Part shown: piece after piece, positions 14,028 through 25,959 of the stretch
Position numbering within the stretch: position 1 is the first letter of the stretch
Layout of the letters: every line of letters starts with the position of its first letter
The notes under the pieces: generated by a model
What the model was told of the DNA's origin: nothing
Databases searched by the model: none
What the model saw: only the letters and a program-made list of their open reading frames with translations
DNA from: Mobula hypostoma
Lineage: Eukaryota
NCBI RefSeq assembly: GCF_963921235.1
Contig: NC_086107.1
Coordinates: 98,272,001 to 98,336,000, forward strand
Direction: 5' to 3'
DNA: 64,000 bases
Position numbers and translations under genes: made by a program

Positions 14028-14168
14028 AAACACCTCATCTATGTAAAACATCCAATTCCCAGTAAACACTTCGTCTCCACAAAACATCCAACTCCCAGAA
14101 AACACCTTGTCTCCATAAAACACCCAACTCCCAGTCAACAGCTCATCTCCTTAAAACATCCAACTCCG
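14028..14168. repeat. 36-bp minisatellite, about 4 diverged copies
   Basis: aaacacc..gtctcca.aaaacatccaactcccag units start at 14028, 14064, 14100 and 14136. Confidence 0.85.
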
Positions 14169-14556
14169 ATCCACAAAACACAATACAATCATCAAAAGAC
14201 CACATCCAACCATTGCACAAAAAGACAGCAAGCTGTGCTAATACAAAAAGGCAAAAATTCTAAAGTAATAATAATAAATAAATAAGCAATAAATATCAAG
14301 AACATGAGATGAACAGTCATTGAAAGTGAGTCCATAGGTTGTGGGAACAGTTCAGTGATGGGGTGATTGAAGTTGAGTGCATTTATTCTGTCTGGTTCAG
14401 AAGCCTGATGGTTGAGGGGCAATAACTGTTCCTGAATCTGGTGGTGTGAGTCTTGAAGCTCCCGTCCTTTCTTCCTGATGGCAGCAGTGAGAAAAGAGCA
14501 TGACTCACAACACGCTGGAGGAACTCAGCAGCTGGGGCAGCATCCGTGGAAATGCT

Positions 14557-14594
14557 CAGTCAATGTTTCGGGCCGGAACCCTTCGTCAGGACTG
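14557..14594 (-). ncRNA. Minimal type I hammerhead ribozyme-like motif in a Penelope pseudo-LTR
   Basis: Minus strand CAGTC-CTGACGA-AGGG ttccgg CCC-GAAAC-ATT-GACTG: stem I CAGTC/GACTG, CUGANGA and GAAA core, short stem II. The cleavage triplet has drifted from the GTC seen in other copies. Confidence 0.65.
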
Positions 14595-14910
14595 AAGGGG
14601 GAAGGGGCAGAGGCCCTATAAAGAAGGTGGGGGGAGGGTGGGAAGGAGAAGGCTGGTAGGTTCCAGGTGAAAAACCAGTAAGGGGAAAGATAAAGGGGTG
14701 GGGAAGGAAAGCAGGGAGGTGATAGGCAGGAAAGGTGAAAAAGGAATAGGGGAAAACACACTGGGTAGTAAAAGGAGGCGGAACCATGAGGGAGGTGGTA
14801 GGCAGCTGGGGGAGGGGGCAGAGTGAAATAGGGATAGGGGAGGGAATTACCAGAAGTTGGAGAATTCTATGTTCATACCAAGGGGCTGGAGACTACCTAG
14901 ATGGTATATG

Positions 14911-15417
14911 CAGACATCCCACCCTCCAAAAACTCATTTCAGGGAGGTAGCACCATCAATTTGCGGGAGACTCCCGGAACTTCCGGGAGAGGTGGGATGT
15001 CTGCAATAGAGTAGCTCCTTAGCAGCTAGACAGCTAGTTTAAATAACGTTAGCTATGCTAATGAACGAATGACACCTGTTAAACTCACCTCAACATGTCT
15101 TTTACAGTCTTAACCTACCATGGGCAATAGAAAAGTCACTGTTGCAAACAGTGCAGCGAGCAACATTGTCATTATTTTTGACCCCTATTAGGCAGGGGTA
15201 CACTTTAGTGTAGTCTGGGGTGAGGTACGTTTTATATTTTCTTTGTTTGGAACACTCTGCCATGGTGTGCTCGCTCTCTCTCTCCTCTCGTGGTCGCTCT
15301 CTCTCTCTCTCAAAAAAAAATTGGTTTCCGGGTCATTGTATATAAATTGCGGGCATCATGGAGCCACTATTAATATGTGGGAGACTCCTGGAACTTCCAG
15401 GAGAGGTGGGATGTTTG
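14911..15417. mobile_element. MITE (non-autonomous DNA transposon)
   Basis: TIRs cagacatcccacc / ggtgggatgtttg; tatatg duplicated at 14905-14910 and 15418-15423; splits the Penelope GIY-YIG frame. Confidence 0.8.
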
Positions 15418-16034
15418 TATATGAGGTGTTGCTCCTCCAACCTGAGTTTAGCCTCATTATGGCAGTAGAGGAGGCCATGTATGGACATATCCGAATGGGA
15501 ATGTGAAGCAGAGTTGAAGTGGGTGGCAACCGGGAGATCCTGTCTGTTGTGGCGGACGGAGTGGAGGTGCTTGACGAAGCGGTCCCCCAGTCTGCGTCGG
15601 GTTGTGAGTGTTGCTTTGACCCCAGCATCTGCAGAGTATTTGGTGTTTGAGAAGAGAGCATGACCTGGGCAGTGGGGTCCCTGTTGTTGGATGCTGCTTT
15701 CCTGCGACAGCACGCGATGTAGATGTAGTCAGTGGTGGGGAGGGAATTGCCCATGATGGACTGGGCCATATCCGCTACTTTTTGTTGGATTTTCTATTCA
15801 AGGGCGTTGGTGTTTCCATACCAGGCTGCGATGCAGCCAACCATTACACTCTCCACCACACAGGATCAGGTTTAATATCACCAGCATATGTCGTGAAATT
15901 TGTTCAGTATGCAGCCGCAGTACAATGCAATACATGATAAATATAGAAAAAGAAACAGAAATTTAAAAATAGTACTGAGGTAGTATTCATGGGTTCAATG
16001 ATCATTTAGAAAACGGATGGCAGAGAGGAAGAAG

Positions 16035-17100
16035 CTGTAGAAATTTGTCAAAGTTTTAGATGACATGCCAAAACTTTGCAAGATTCTGGGAAAGTAGGGG
16101 CACTGCTGTGCTCCGTTCGTAATTGCACTTATGTGCTGAGCCCAGAACAGACCTTCTGAAATGATAACACCGAGGAATTTAAAATTACTGACCCTCCCCA
16201 CCTTTGATCCCCTGGATGAGGACTGGCTCTTGGACCTCTAAGTTCATCCTCCTGGAAGCCAATAATCAGTTCCCTAGTCTCGCTGACATTGAGTGAGAGG
16301 TTGTTGTTGTGGTACCACTCAGCCAGATCTTCAATCTCCCTCCTACATGCTGATTCATCACGATTTTTGATTCGGCCTAAGACAGTGGTGTCGTCAGCAA
16401 ACTTGAATGTGGCATTGGAGCTGTGCTTAGCCTCACAGTCATAAGTGTAAGTGAGTAGAGCAGGGGGCTCAGCACACAGCCTTGTGGTGCACCTGTGCTG
16501 GTGGAGATCACGGAGGAGATGCTGTTCCCTATCCGATCTGACTGGGGTCTGCAAGTGAGGAAATCGAGGAGTATTGAGGTCAAGGTCTCGAAGCTTATTG
16601 ATTTGTTTTGAGAGGATAGCAAGCGAAATCAATAAAAAGAGCATCTTTTCTGTCCAGCTGTTGTGACAGTAGGTAAACTGGAGCGGATCGAAGTCGCTTC
16701 TCACGCAGGAGTTGATATGTTTCATCACCAACCTCTCAAAGCACTTCATCACTGTGGATGTAGTGTTAATGGATGACAGTCACTGAGGTAGATTACCATG
16801 TTCTTCTTAGGCATGGGTACAACTGAGGCCTGCTTGAAGCAGGTGGGTGCCAAAGGGAGAGGATCTTTAAAGATCTCCGTGAACATTCCGGCCAGCTAAT
16901 CACCACGGGTCTTCAGCACTCGGCCAAGAACCCCATCTGGGCCAGATGCTTTCTATGGGTTCACCTTCCTGAAGGATGCTCTCATAGCAGCCTCGCAGAC
17001 TGAAATCACAGCTTCATCTGGGGCTGTTGGAGTTTGGGAAGGTTCCTTTGTGTTTTAACAAAGTCAGCACAGAAGGCATTGAGCTCATCTGGAAGCGAAG
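16035..17100 (-). pseudogene. Rex1/Babar LINE reverse transcriptase remnant
   Basis: MKCFERLV...[45 protein letters not shown]; frameshifted. Confidence 0.85.
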
Positions 17101-17370
17101 CCCTGTTGTTTCCTGTGCTGCGTGGTTTCACGGTTTAAGAGGTTATGGACAGAGCTTGTGGTCATGAAGCTGAAGAGGGCCAGTGACATAGGTTCATAAA
17201 CTAATGAGTGTTCAGCACAGAAACGTGCCGCTCAGCTCAACATGTCCATGCTGACTGCGATGCCTTTCCGCACAGATCCCATTCGTCTGTTGTAGGCTTC
17301 TATCCCTCTTCTCTGTTCCTGTCCAAGTACCTGTCCAAATGATTTTCAGTCCTGTATGTTGTAAAACCTA

Positions 17371-17476
17371 GAACAGGGCCGGTGTCTGTCCGACTGTGTG
17401 TCAGTGACTGAACAGGGTCTGTTCTGTCCGACTGTGTGTCAGTGACTGAACAGGGCTGGCATCTGTTCAACTGGGT
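17371..17476. repeat. 38-39 bp tandem repeat, about 2.7 copies
   Basis: gaacaggg...ctgtccgactgtgtgtcagtgact units start at 17371, 17410 and 17448. Confidence 0.85.
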
Positions 17477-17889
17477 GTTGACTCACTTCAAGGAGTCATT
17501 TTCTCAGTGTTACTAGTTTTACTTGCATTGTTTGTCTCTATGTATAAATCTTCATAAATTCTATTGCATTTCCTTTATCCCCGTAGATGCCGACAAGGAA
17601 ATGAATCTCAAGTAGTATGTGGTAACATGTACATTCTTGGATAATAAATTTGTTTGAAGGTGAACTCGTGATCTCTCAGTCTGCCTTTCCACGTTATTTA
17701 TCTACTTGCACAGCTCTTTTTCTGTAGCTGCAACACTTCATTCTGCATTTTGAAGTTCAGTAATTGACCAATGGGCAGAGCTGCTGACACAATTATTGAA
17801 TTATCAGTTAGCAGGTCCACATAGAGAGCAAAAAGTAGTGCACTAACGTCAAAGTTCTAATTAAATTTTATTATTAAAGTTCATATATG

Positions 17890-18760
17890 TGTATCCTGGG
17901 GAAAAGCACGCGTTCAGGACAACAAAGACTTTTTTCAGGTTTTAATTCCTTTATCTGTTTTAGATGTTTAAGTGCCAGAAGAGGGTCGCGAATCAAAACG
18001 AAAGAATTTACAGTCAGTTCTTTCCGTTTCAATCTCAGTTTAACTTTTGATCCACACCCTTGTGTATGGACAGAATTATGTATGCAGTATGAAAAATACC
18101 AGAACTAATGCGGTAGTGACAATTCTGAAGGAACACAATACAAACAACATTAGAATCCCACCCACCCTGCATCTTACACATAACAGTGAAAAATATAAGC
18201 GACTACATCTCATCTCAGACGTACACAGGTGCTGAACTTCCGAACAGAGACTAAACATTCATGTTACGCGGTTACATGCACAATCAGTCCCGATGCAATA
18301 AAGTTAGACAAAAGGTACACTTTGGCACAACTTTCACAAGGTATTGCCTGGTAGTTAAATTACAGGAAGACTGACCTAATTGGCTGGTGAGGAACTTTGC
18401 CCAAGCCACGCGATCCAGTGTTGAGTCACTTACTCGAGAAAGTCTAAAGCATCCACATGTAAAACGTGTCAAATTACCAATATTCTTGATCCTCCAACAA
18501 GCATAAACGCATTCACATGGATATTGTCAACTGATGCTCAACTTTCCTTACCATGCCCAGCACACTCTGGGAGGAACCCAATTCCAACGCCCTACCACGT
18601 CTTCAGTAGAAAGCAAAATGGTCTCCCCACTATCCCGCGCGTGCATAATGACATCACTGACTCCCTTAAATGGACAGACAACTATTCTAGCATTACCCAT
18701 ATGGATGCTTAAGTATACTTTTAACAATACTGAATAAGATCCGATGGTCACCCGGTTACA
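17890..18760 (-). mobile_element. Solo LTR (871 bp) of a Gypsy/ERV-type element
   Basis: TG...CA ends with imperfect inverted repeat tgtatcctgg / ccggttaca; 4-bp TSD TATG at 17886-17889 and 18761-18764; interrupts a Rex1 3' UTR that rejoins cleanly; ATTAAA on the minus strand near 17942. Confidence 0.8.
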
Positions 18761-19789
18761 TATGTCACCATATACAGCCCTGAGATTCATTTTCCAGTAG
18801 GCATAGTCAGCAATAGTAACTGTAACAGAATCAATGAACAACCATCCAACTAGGACGTTCAACCAGAAGACAACAGACTGTGCAAATACACAAAGAAGAA
18901 ACAATAATATAAATAAATAAGCAATAAATATCGAGAACATGAGATGAAGATTCCTTGAATCCATAGGTTGTGGGAACATTTCAATGGTGGGGCAAGTGAA
19001 GTTGAGTGAATTTATCCCTTTTGGTTCAAGAGCCTGATGGTTGAGGGGTAGTAACTGTTCCTGAACCTGGTGGTGCGAGATCTGAAGCTCCTGCACCTTC
19101 TTCGTGATGGCAGCAGCGAGAAGAGAGCACAGCCTCTCAATGGTCAAACCGCCTTAGGGTGGGCGGGCAGGCAAGGGAGGCAATTTGGGTTTAGGAGGTG
19201 GGAAGGTTTGGGAAGGCGGATTGGAACAGCGTAGGTACAGTGAGGTTCAAAAGGAGCAGAGCGATAAAGAAGAGCTGGACGTGGGTGGCTGTGAAAGACA
19301 AGAAGCAAAGCTCCTGGATTTGAGCAGAGGGAAGGAGTGGAGGCAGTTAGACTGGTAGGCGAAGAGCAGATACTGGCAAATTGGTACATTGGTTTACCAC
19401 AGCCTGGTGTAGTGAAAAACTTGGTTTTGCACGCTATCCCTACTGATCACCACATTACAACAATGCATCGAGGTGGTACAAGGGAAAAGAATAACAGGCT
19501 GCAGAATAAAGTGTAACAGTTACAGAGAAAGTGCTGTACAGGTAGACAATAAGGTGCAAGATGAATGCAGGGGTGAAGAGTCCACTTTATTAAACTAGGG
19601 GTTTCCTCCCAGGGAAGCAGTAGATGCTACAGTTCCTTGTTAAACATATTTAAGACACACAGTTAGAATTTTGTTTAGTAGGGGAATTAAAGGTTATGGG
19701 GGAACGGCAGGTAGGTGGAAATGAGCCCACAGCCACATCAGCCAGGATTTTTTTTTTAGCAGAATTACACCATTCATCCCTTCGAGTCT

Positions 19790-20610
19790 CCTCCACTATT
19801 TTATCATGGCTGATCCATTTTCCTCTCAACCCCAATCTCCTGCCTTCTCTCCATAAACCTTTCAAGCCCTGACTAATCAACCTCTGCCTTAAATATACTC
19901 AATGACTTGGCCTTCACAGCCGCCTTTGGCAGTGAACTCCACAGATTCACCAACCTCTGGCGAAATAAATTCTGCCTCATCTCCATTCTGAATGGAGGTC
20001 CCTCTATTCTGAGGCTGTGCTCGCTGGTCTTAGATCCCCCCGCCACAGGAAACATCCTCTCCACATCTCCTCTATCTAGTCCTTTCAACATACAATAGGC
20101 TCAACTGAGATCCCCCCCTCGTTCTTCTGAGTTCCAGTGAGTAGAGGCCCAGAGGCATCAATTGCTTTTCATAACCATAAGCCTTTCTTTCCCGGAATCA
20201 TTCTCGTAAACCTCCCCAGAACTCTTACCACTGTCAGCACATCCTTTCTTAGATAAGGGGCCCAAAACTGCTCATAATACTCCAAGTGAGGCCTCACCCA
20301 TGCCTTATAAAGCCTCAGCATCTTTGCTTTTATATTCTGGTCACTCGAAATAAATGCTGACATCGCATTTGTCTTCTTTAGTGACTCACCCTCTGAGTTA
20401 ACCTTTCGGGAATTCTGCATGAGTCCCTTTGCACCTTAGATTTTGTAATGTTCGCCCCATTTAGAAAATAGTCTGTGCTTTTAGACCTGCTGCCATAGAG
20501 CCTGACCACACTTCCCAGCGCGGTGTTCCATCTGCCACTTCTTTGCCCATTTTCCCAGTCTGTCCAAGTCCTTCTGCAGACTCCCTGCTTCCTCAACACC
20601 ACCTACCCCT
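19790..20610 (-). mobile_element. Decayed CR1 RT/3' fragment
   Basis: ORFs LYKAWVRPHLEYYEQFWAPY and LFRQRLVNLWSSLP. Confidence 0.8.
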
Positions 20611-20831
20611 CAACCTACTATTGAATGGCAGAACTGGCTCGACGGGCCAGGTGGCCGACTTGTGCTCTTGTTTCTTATGCTATGTCCGTCCAATAGTTTT
20701 ATAACAGTCAGCTAGAAGCTGACCTTGAGCCTGATAGGAGACAATGCCCTGGGTGATTCTGTTGGCTGCTTTACCAAGGCAGAGGGAAGTGCGGACAAAG
20801 TCCATGCGGAGGAGTCTACTTTCTGTTTCTG

Positions 20832-21380
20832 GTTCCCATTCTGACACATCTGTCCACGGCCTCCTCTACAGTCATGATGAGGCCACACCCAGGTTGGAGG
20901 AGCGACACCTCATAGCCCATCTGGATAGCCTCCAACCTGATGGTACGAACATCAATTTCTCAAACTTCCGTTAATTGTCCCCCCACCCTCTCCTTCACCA
21001 TTCCCCATTCCCATTTCCCTCTCTCACCTCATCACCTCCCCCTGGTGTTCCTCACCTTCTCTTTCTTCCATGGTCTTCTGTCCTCTAATCAGATCCCCCC
21101 TTTTCCAGCCCTGTATCTCCTTCACCAATCAACTTCCCAGCTCTTTACTTCACCCCCTCCCCATCTCCCGGTTTCTCCTACCACCTGCCACCTTGTACAT
21201 ATTCCTCCCCTCCCCTCACCTTCTTCCTCTGACTCCTTCTCCCTTCCTTTCCACTCCTGATGGTCGCGACCCAGAACGTTGACAGATTACTCTTTTCCAC
21301 AGATGCTGCCTGGCCCACTGAATTCCTCCAGCGTTTTGTGTGTGTTGCCTCGGACTTCCAGCATCTGCAGATCTTCTTGA
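20832..21380 (+). mobile_element. Penelope-like 3' remnant (GIY-YIG end plus pyrimidine-rich pseudo-LTR)
   Basis: SHSDTSVHGLL...RLEERHLI..LDSLQPDGTNINFSNFR*, then a decayed hammerhead-like motif near 21255-21285. Confidence 0.75.
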
Positions 21381-21724
21381 GTCTGGTTGTCTATGATGTG
21401 TTGAGCAGTGTTCACTCCTCTTTGCAGTTTCTGGATATATCTGGCAGGACAGTTGTCAAACCAAGCCATGGTGCATCTAAACAGAGCACTTTCTCTTGGT
21501 AAAGTGGTTTATTATGGTGGCTTATAGAGAGGGAAGAACTTTGTTTGGTATTCCAACACTTCATTACAACAGTGCATTGAGGTACCACCAGGAAAAACAA
21601 TAACAGAACACAGAATCTAGTGTTAATTACAGAGGAAGTGCTCTGTGAGGTCATAACGAGGTAGATTCTGAGTTTAGCAAGTGACAAAGTGAGGGGTCAG
21701 GAAGGTGTGGAGAAGAGAACACTT

Positions 21725-22279
21725 ACACTCTGTGGCCACTTCGTGAGGTACACCTGCTCGTTAATGCAAATATCTAATCAGCCAATCAGGTGGCTGCAAC
21801 TCAATTCATAAAAGCATGCAGACGTGGTCAAGAGGTTCAGTTGTTCAGACCTAACATCAGATCCAGGAAGAGACATGATCTAGGTGGCTTTGACCCATGG
21901 ACTGATTGCTGGTGCCAGACGGGGTGGTTTGAGTATCTCAGCAACTGCTGATCTCCTGGGATTGTCGCGCACAACATTCCCTACAGAAAATGGCACGAGA
22001 AACAAAATAAAAGCATCCAGTGAGCGGCAGTTCTGCGAGTGAAAAGGTCTTGTTAATGAGAGAGATCGGAGGAGAACGGCCAGACTGGCTCAGGCTGACA
22101 GGAAGGCGACAGTAACTCAAATAACCACACGTTACAACAGTGGTGTGCAGAAGAGCATCTCTGAACTCACAACACATCGAACGTTGAGGTGGACGGGCTA
22201 CGGCAGCAGAAGACCATGAACATACACTCAGTGGCCACTTTATTAGGTACGAGGTACCTAATAAGGAGGCCACAGAGGG
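21725..22279. mobile_element. Non-autonomous Tc1/mariner-like element
   Basis: cactctgtggccact... start, internal TIR copy at ~22225 and an inverted end; homologous to 3413-3970 and 46408-46934. Confidence 0.7.
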
Positions 22280-25200
22280 CAGTTTGAGAAGATGGAGGAC
22301 GATGAAAAGAGAGGCCAAAAGCGGAGAGGAAAGGTGAACATCTGGATTTCGGCATTGCAGGAGAGGGAAATCACTCACCCAGATGTGGGGGTGTGAGTAG
22401 AGTTTTTTGATTTGCATGGGTAAGAAGCAGAGGGCGGGAGACCATCCGGATTCGGGTGGGCGGTGAGAAGCAGACCGGGACGAAGCCGGCCTGGTTTAAC
22501 CTGACGATGTGGACAGTCTCAGCCTCGTGCTCCCGTGTTCGCTGGATGTTGTGTAGACCAGAGCATCAGACAGGATCTGGCCACTCCAAACAACATGAGC
22601 TGTGGAAACAACATGTTTGTGTTAATTCAATCTGCTGAAATCCTGCTGTCAGATGTCCAATGATCAGGGTGTTTGTCAGAGTTTATTCTCTCTCTTTTTT
22701 TTAAATTTTCCTTTGGTATGTTGAGAGTCAAGGCCAAGGAACAAATTCTTCCTTAAAAACAGAATGACGTAAGTCAGCGGCAGGCGCTCTCTTCAGCTCT
22801 GTTACACAAGCTATTGTTGCCCGAGCTCAGGACAGGAAATGCGGCCTAGCAACTAGGCTTTGACTTGAAGCAAACACAGGAAGTCAGTGGAGAAGGCTAT
22901 TGTCTGATTACAAAAGATCTATATTGACTATCAAAGTCTGGCCGTGAGCCAGAGGTCCTCCACATTCCAGACATACAATAATCCTTCTGCAATATTTCCT
23001 CCCCGTGCATGTGTTTGTTGATTCCTTTTGGTCCACGCAGTCTGAAGACTTGTCCTGTCCCAGTGCCAGATCAGGACAACTATTCTTTCAAAACATAAAA
23101 GCCCAGCTATCAGAAGACAATAGCTACACATTCCACCATCACAGAAAGTCTACTGGAACGGCATTTCGAAAGTGATTCATCTCAGAGGACTAATGTTGAC
23201 AGGATGAAGGCAGATGTGTTTTGGAGAGTGGGGAGTGCGTCAACAGAAAGTACATGGAACGTAGAGCTCCTGGCGTCGAATAGGTTCCATTTAAAATTCT
23301 ACGCTCATTACTAATGCCTATGGTCACTGTTGATCGCTTCCTCCCGGATTCAGCGAGGACACCATCTTCTTAATCTTCACCCTCCTCCTCAGGAGCAACG
23401 GTGTCCATGGGGAGAGGCCTGGATTTGACTGCACGCAGATCCAGGGAGTTTCAGCAAGTGCGGGTGACTGCGCAGGATCTCCCCGATTCATTGCGTGTGA
23501 ATGGCAGTGGCCGAAGCCCTGTGCAACAGAGCAGTTGTGGGGAATCCCGGGGCTGGCGTGTACTCCAGTCAGAGTGTGCAGGTTGTGGTGGGAGCGCAAT
23601 GGAAGGTGAATGGTGCCGTAATCACACCTGTCCAGGTGAGTGGTGAGAGGCCCTCCTTCACACCTGAGCCATGTAGGTGGACCAGAAGATAAATAGACAC
23701 ACTCCAATCCAGCTGTTGTAGACAAGTCAATATGCCTAAATCTTTAATCAGAAGGGACCTCCAGGATTTTAATGGAGGGGAAATTTAATGACAAGGAGAC
23801 TACTGAGCTTTATCGTGTTTCAAAGGCAAACAGCCGCAGATTCTGGAAATATGAAACAAAACTGGAAAATGCCAAAACTACTCAGCCGGCCAGACTTCAC
23901 CTGAAAGAGACACAGAATCAATATCCCAGGTCATCAAATCCTGTCCACGAACGAGCTTTGCCCCCAACTCACCGAGTGTCCCTAGTATTCCCTAACACCA
24001 GCACTGGCCAGTCCTAACACAAACTGGAAAGGCTGGTTATCTGAAATTGCCGAATCAATATTGAGACCTGCAGGCTGAAAAGGAAGATGAGGTGCCATTG
24101 CTTGAGATTAGGATTGGATAAAGGAGATGAAAGCAAGAAAGGTCATGGTGTGAGATAGATAGAGAATTCCATCCGCCACTGCATTTCGTGTTTCAATATA
24201 AACATTTCCTTCTTTAGAGGCATTGCAGATCAACAACTTTAATGTCACATCACCAGCTTCCCTCCTCTGTCATGACTCTTCGCACCACCCCCTCACTCTT
24301 CCAATTCACCATGACTCCCTCCTCCCACCAACTCTTGATTTGAATGAATGAACCTCGTGTGAAGGCCTCTGCTTCAGTCCCCAACCCATTTTAAAGGATC
24401 CTGAGCCCTACATGATGTCATTCTCTTCTTCTGCCACCCCGGCCTCTGTGCCAGGAGACTTCATTCCAGATCATGGTGGACCCCACCTTTGGTCTTCAGT
24501 ATTCCAATCCTCCTGGACCACTCTCTCTGGGTTCCACACACCGTGACTGCTGATGCGTTTTGATCATCACAGAAACAACACACTAGCTCTGGAGGAGCTC
24601 AGCAGGTTAGGCAGCATCTGTGGAGGGAAATGGACCAGGCCTATCAACACCACCCCTCCCCAGCTTCTGAGCCATTCTCCCTCTCCTCCCTGCCCCATCT
24701 GCCTATTACCCTCTCCGCCTGGATCCACCGTTTGCCTGCCAACTCTTGCTCCACCCCTACCCTCCTCCCCTTAATACTAGTTACCTGCTCCCTACCTTTG
24801 TCCCGATGAAGGGTCTTGGCCCAAAAGGTCGACTGTCCATTCCACTCCACAGATACCGTCTGACCTGCTGAGTTCCTGCGGCATTTTGTTTGTTGTTCCA
24901 GGTTCCAGGGTCTGCAGTCTCTTGTGTCTTCACTTTTCTCTCAGAACCCGCAGAAGCCTGCTCAGCAAGGCCCAACCTCTGACATCATCATCGAGCCTAC
25001 CAATCAGGGCTGTGCTCTCATGATCAGGTGACCTGACCACCCCACCCCGCCCCACACCAGCTCTCAGCCTCATCTTCATTCCTCTCTCCGTCCCTCCATG
25101 GATTGGTTTTCCATCTCAGTCTGTGCCTCCTCAAGGCATTGCCCCACGTATCCACCTTTCCTATTAAATCTTCATTTCTCAATACACACGGATCCAAACA

Positions 25201-25483
25201 CCCCTTCCGGGTAAAGCAGTGTGTTCACTTTTAATTTGAGTTTTACTTTTGGTCATTTCTTCTACATCGGAGAAGATTAGTTGACCATTCAGTCTGTAGG
25301 GGAAACCCTGATCTACCAAATGCCTATCAGTTGGAGTCTCCAGCATCAGCTCACTCTGACCCCACTGTGTGTAGGCCCGTACGGTTTCATAGCAACCCCA
25401 ACATGAGTTTAAGGGAGGACATTTCAGATTCAGATTTATATACCACATATACATCTAAAACGTACAATGACTTGCCTCTGCGA

Positions 25484-25630
25484 CACACACAAAATGCTGG
25501 AGGAACTCAGCAGGCCAGGCAGCATCCATGGAAAAAAGTAAACAGTCGACGTTTCGGGCCAAAGTGCCGACTGTGCTCTTTTCCATGGATGCTGCCTGGC
25601 CTGCTGAGTTCCTCCAGCATTTTGTGTGTG
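25484..25630. repeat. Penelope-derived palindromic element with perfect 52-bp arms
   Basis: 25484-25535 is the exact reverse complement of 25579-25630. Confidence 0.85.
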
Positions 25631-25867
25631 ATGCTCGGATTTCCAGCGTCTGCAGATTTTCTCCCGCTGGTGAAATGCCTCATTTGTGTTCACAACCAAC
25701 GCACGCAAGGAGGTGCAAGGGGCACCCCGAAAGAGTCGCCAAACATTCTGGCGTCAGCGTCGTGTGCCCACAATGGTCGGCACAGCAACACGGAGCATAC
25801 TAAATGACAAAGCAACAAGGGCAAGACAAGACCTGTTCCTCCCTCCCTCTGATGATCCCACCCTCCC

Positions 25868-25876
25868 ACTCACACA

Positions 25877-25918
<42 letters not shown>

Positions 25919-25959
25919 CACACTCACTCACACTCACACTCACACTCACACTCACACTC
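25868..25959. repeat. (CA)n / (CACTCA)n microsatellite
   Basis: Directly visible. Confidence 0.95.

Larger units (their letters stand above)
14505..15648 (-). mobile_element. Penelope-like element remnant (GIY-YIG C-terminus plus pseudo-LTR) with inverted terminal segment
   Basis: Translation RRRLGDRFVKHL...PVATHFN...LEEQHLIY...LQPLGMNIEFSNF; flanked by a 16-bp duplication gagaa(a/g)agagcatgac at 14489-14504 and 15649-15664. Confidence 0.8.
14200..15860 (-). mobile_element. Rex1/Babar LINE 3' fragment hosting nested insertions
   Basis: Reverse complement of the 4400-4860 type sequence; interrupted between 14504 and 15649. Confidence 0.7.

Noticed and set aside
23345..23795. Possible decayed Ig V-set exon (hydrophobic IFLIFTLLL..GVHG, TQ..VSASAGD, SLIRRDLQ..D with TGA at the Cys position in both duplicates)
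   Set aside because: Needs several frameshifts, lacks the B-strand Cys and the Tyr, spacing is too long and there is no start or RSS; too weak without an HMM search.
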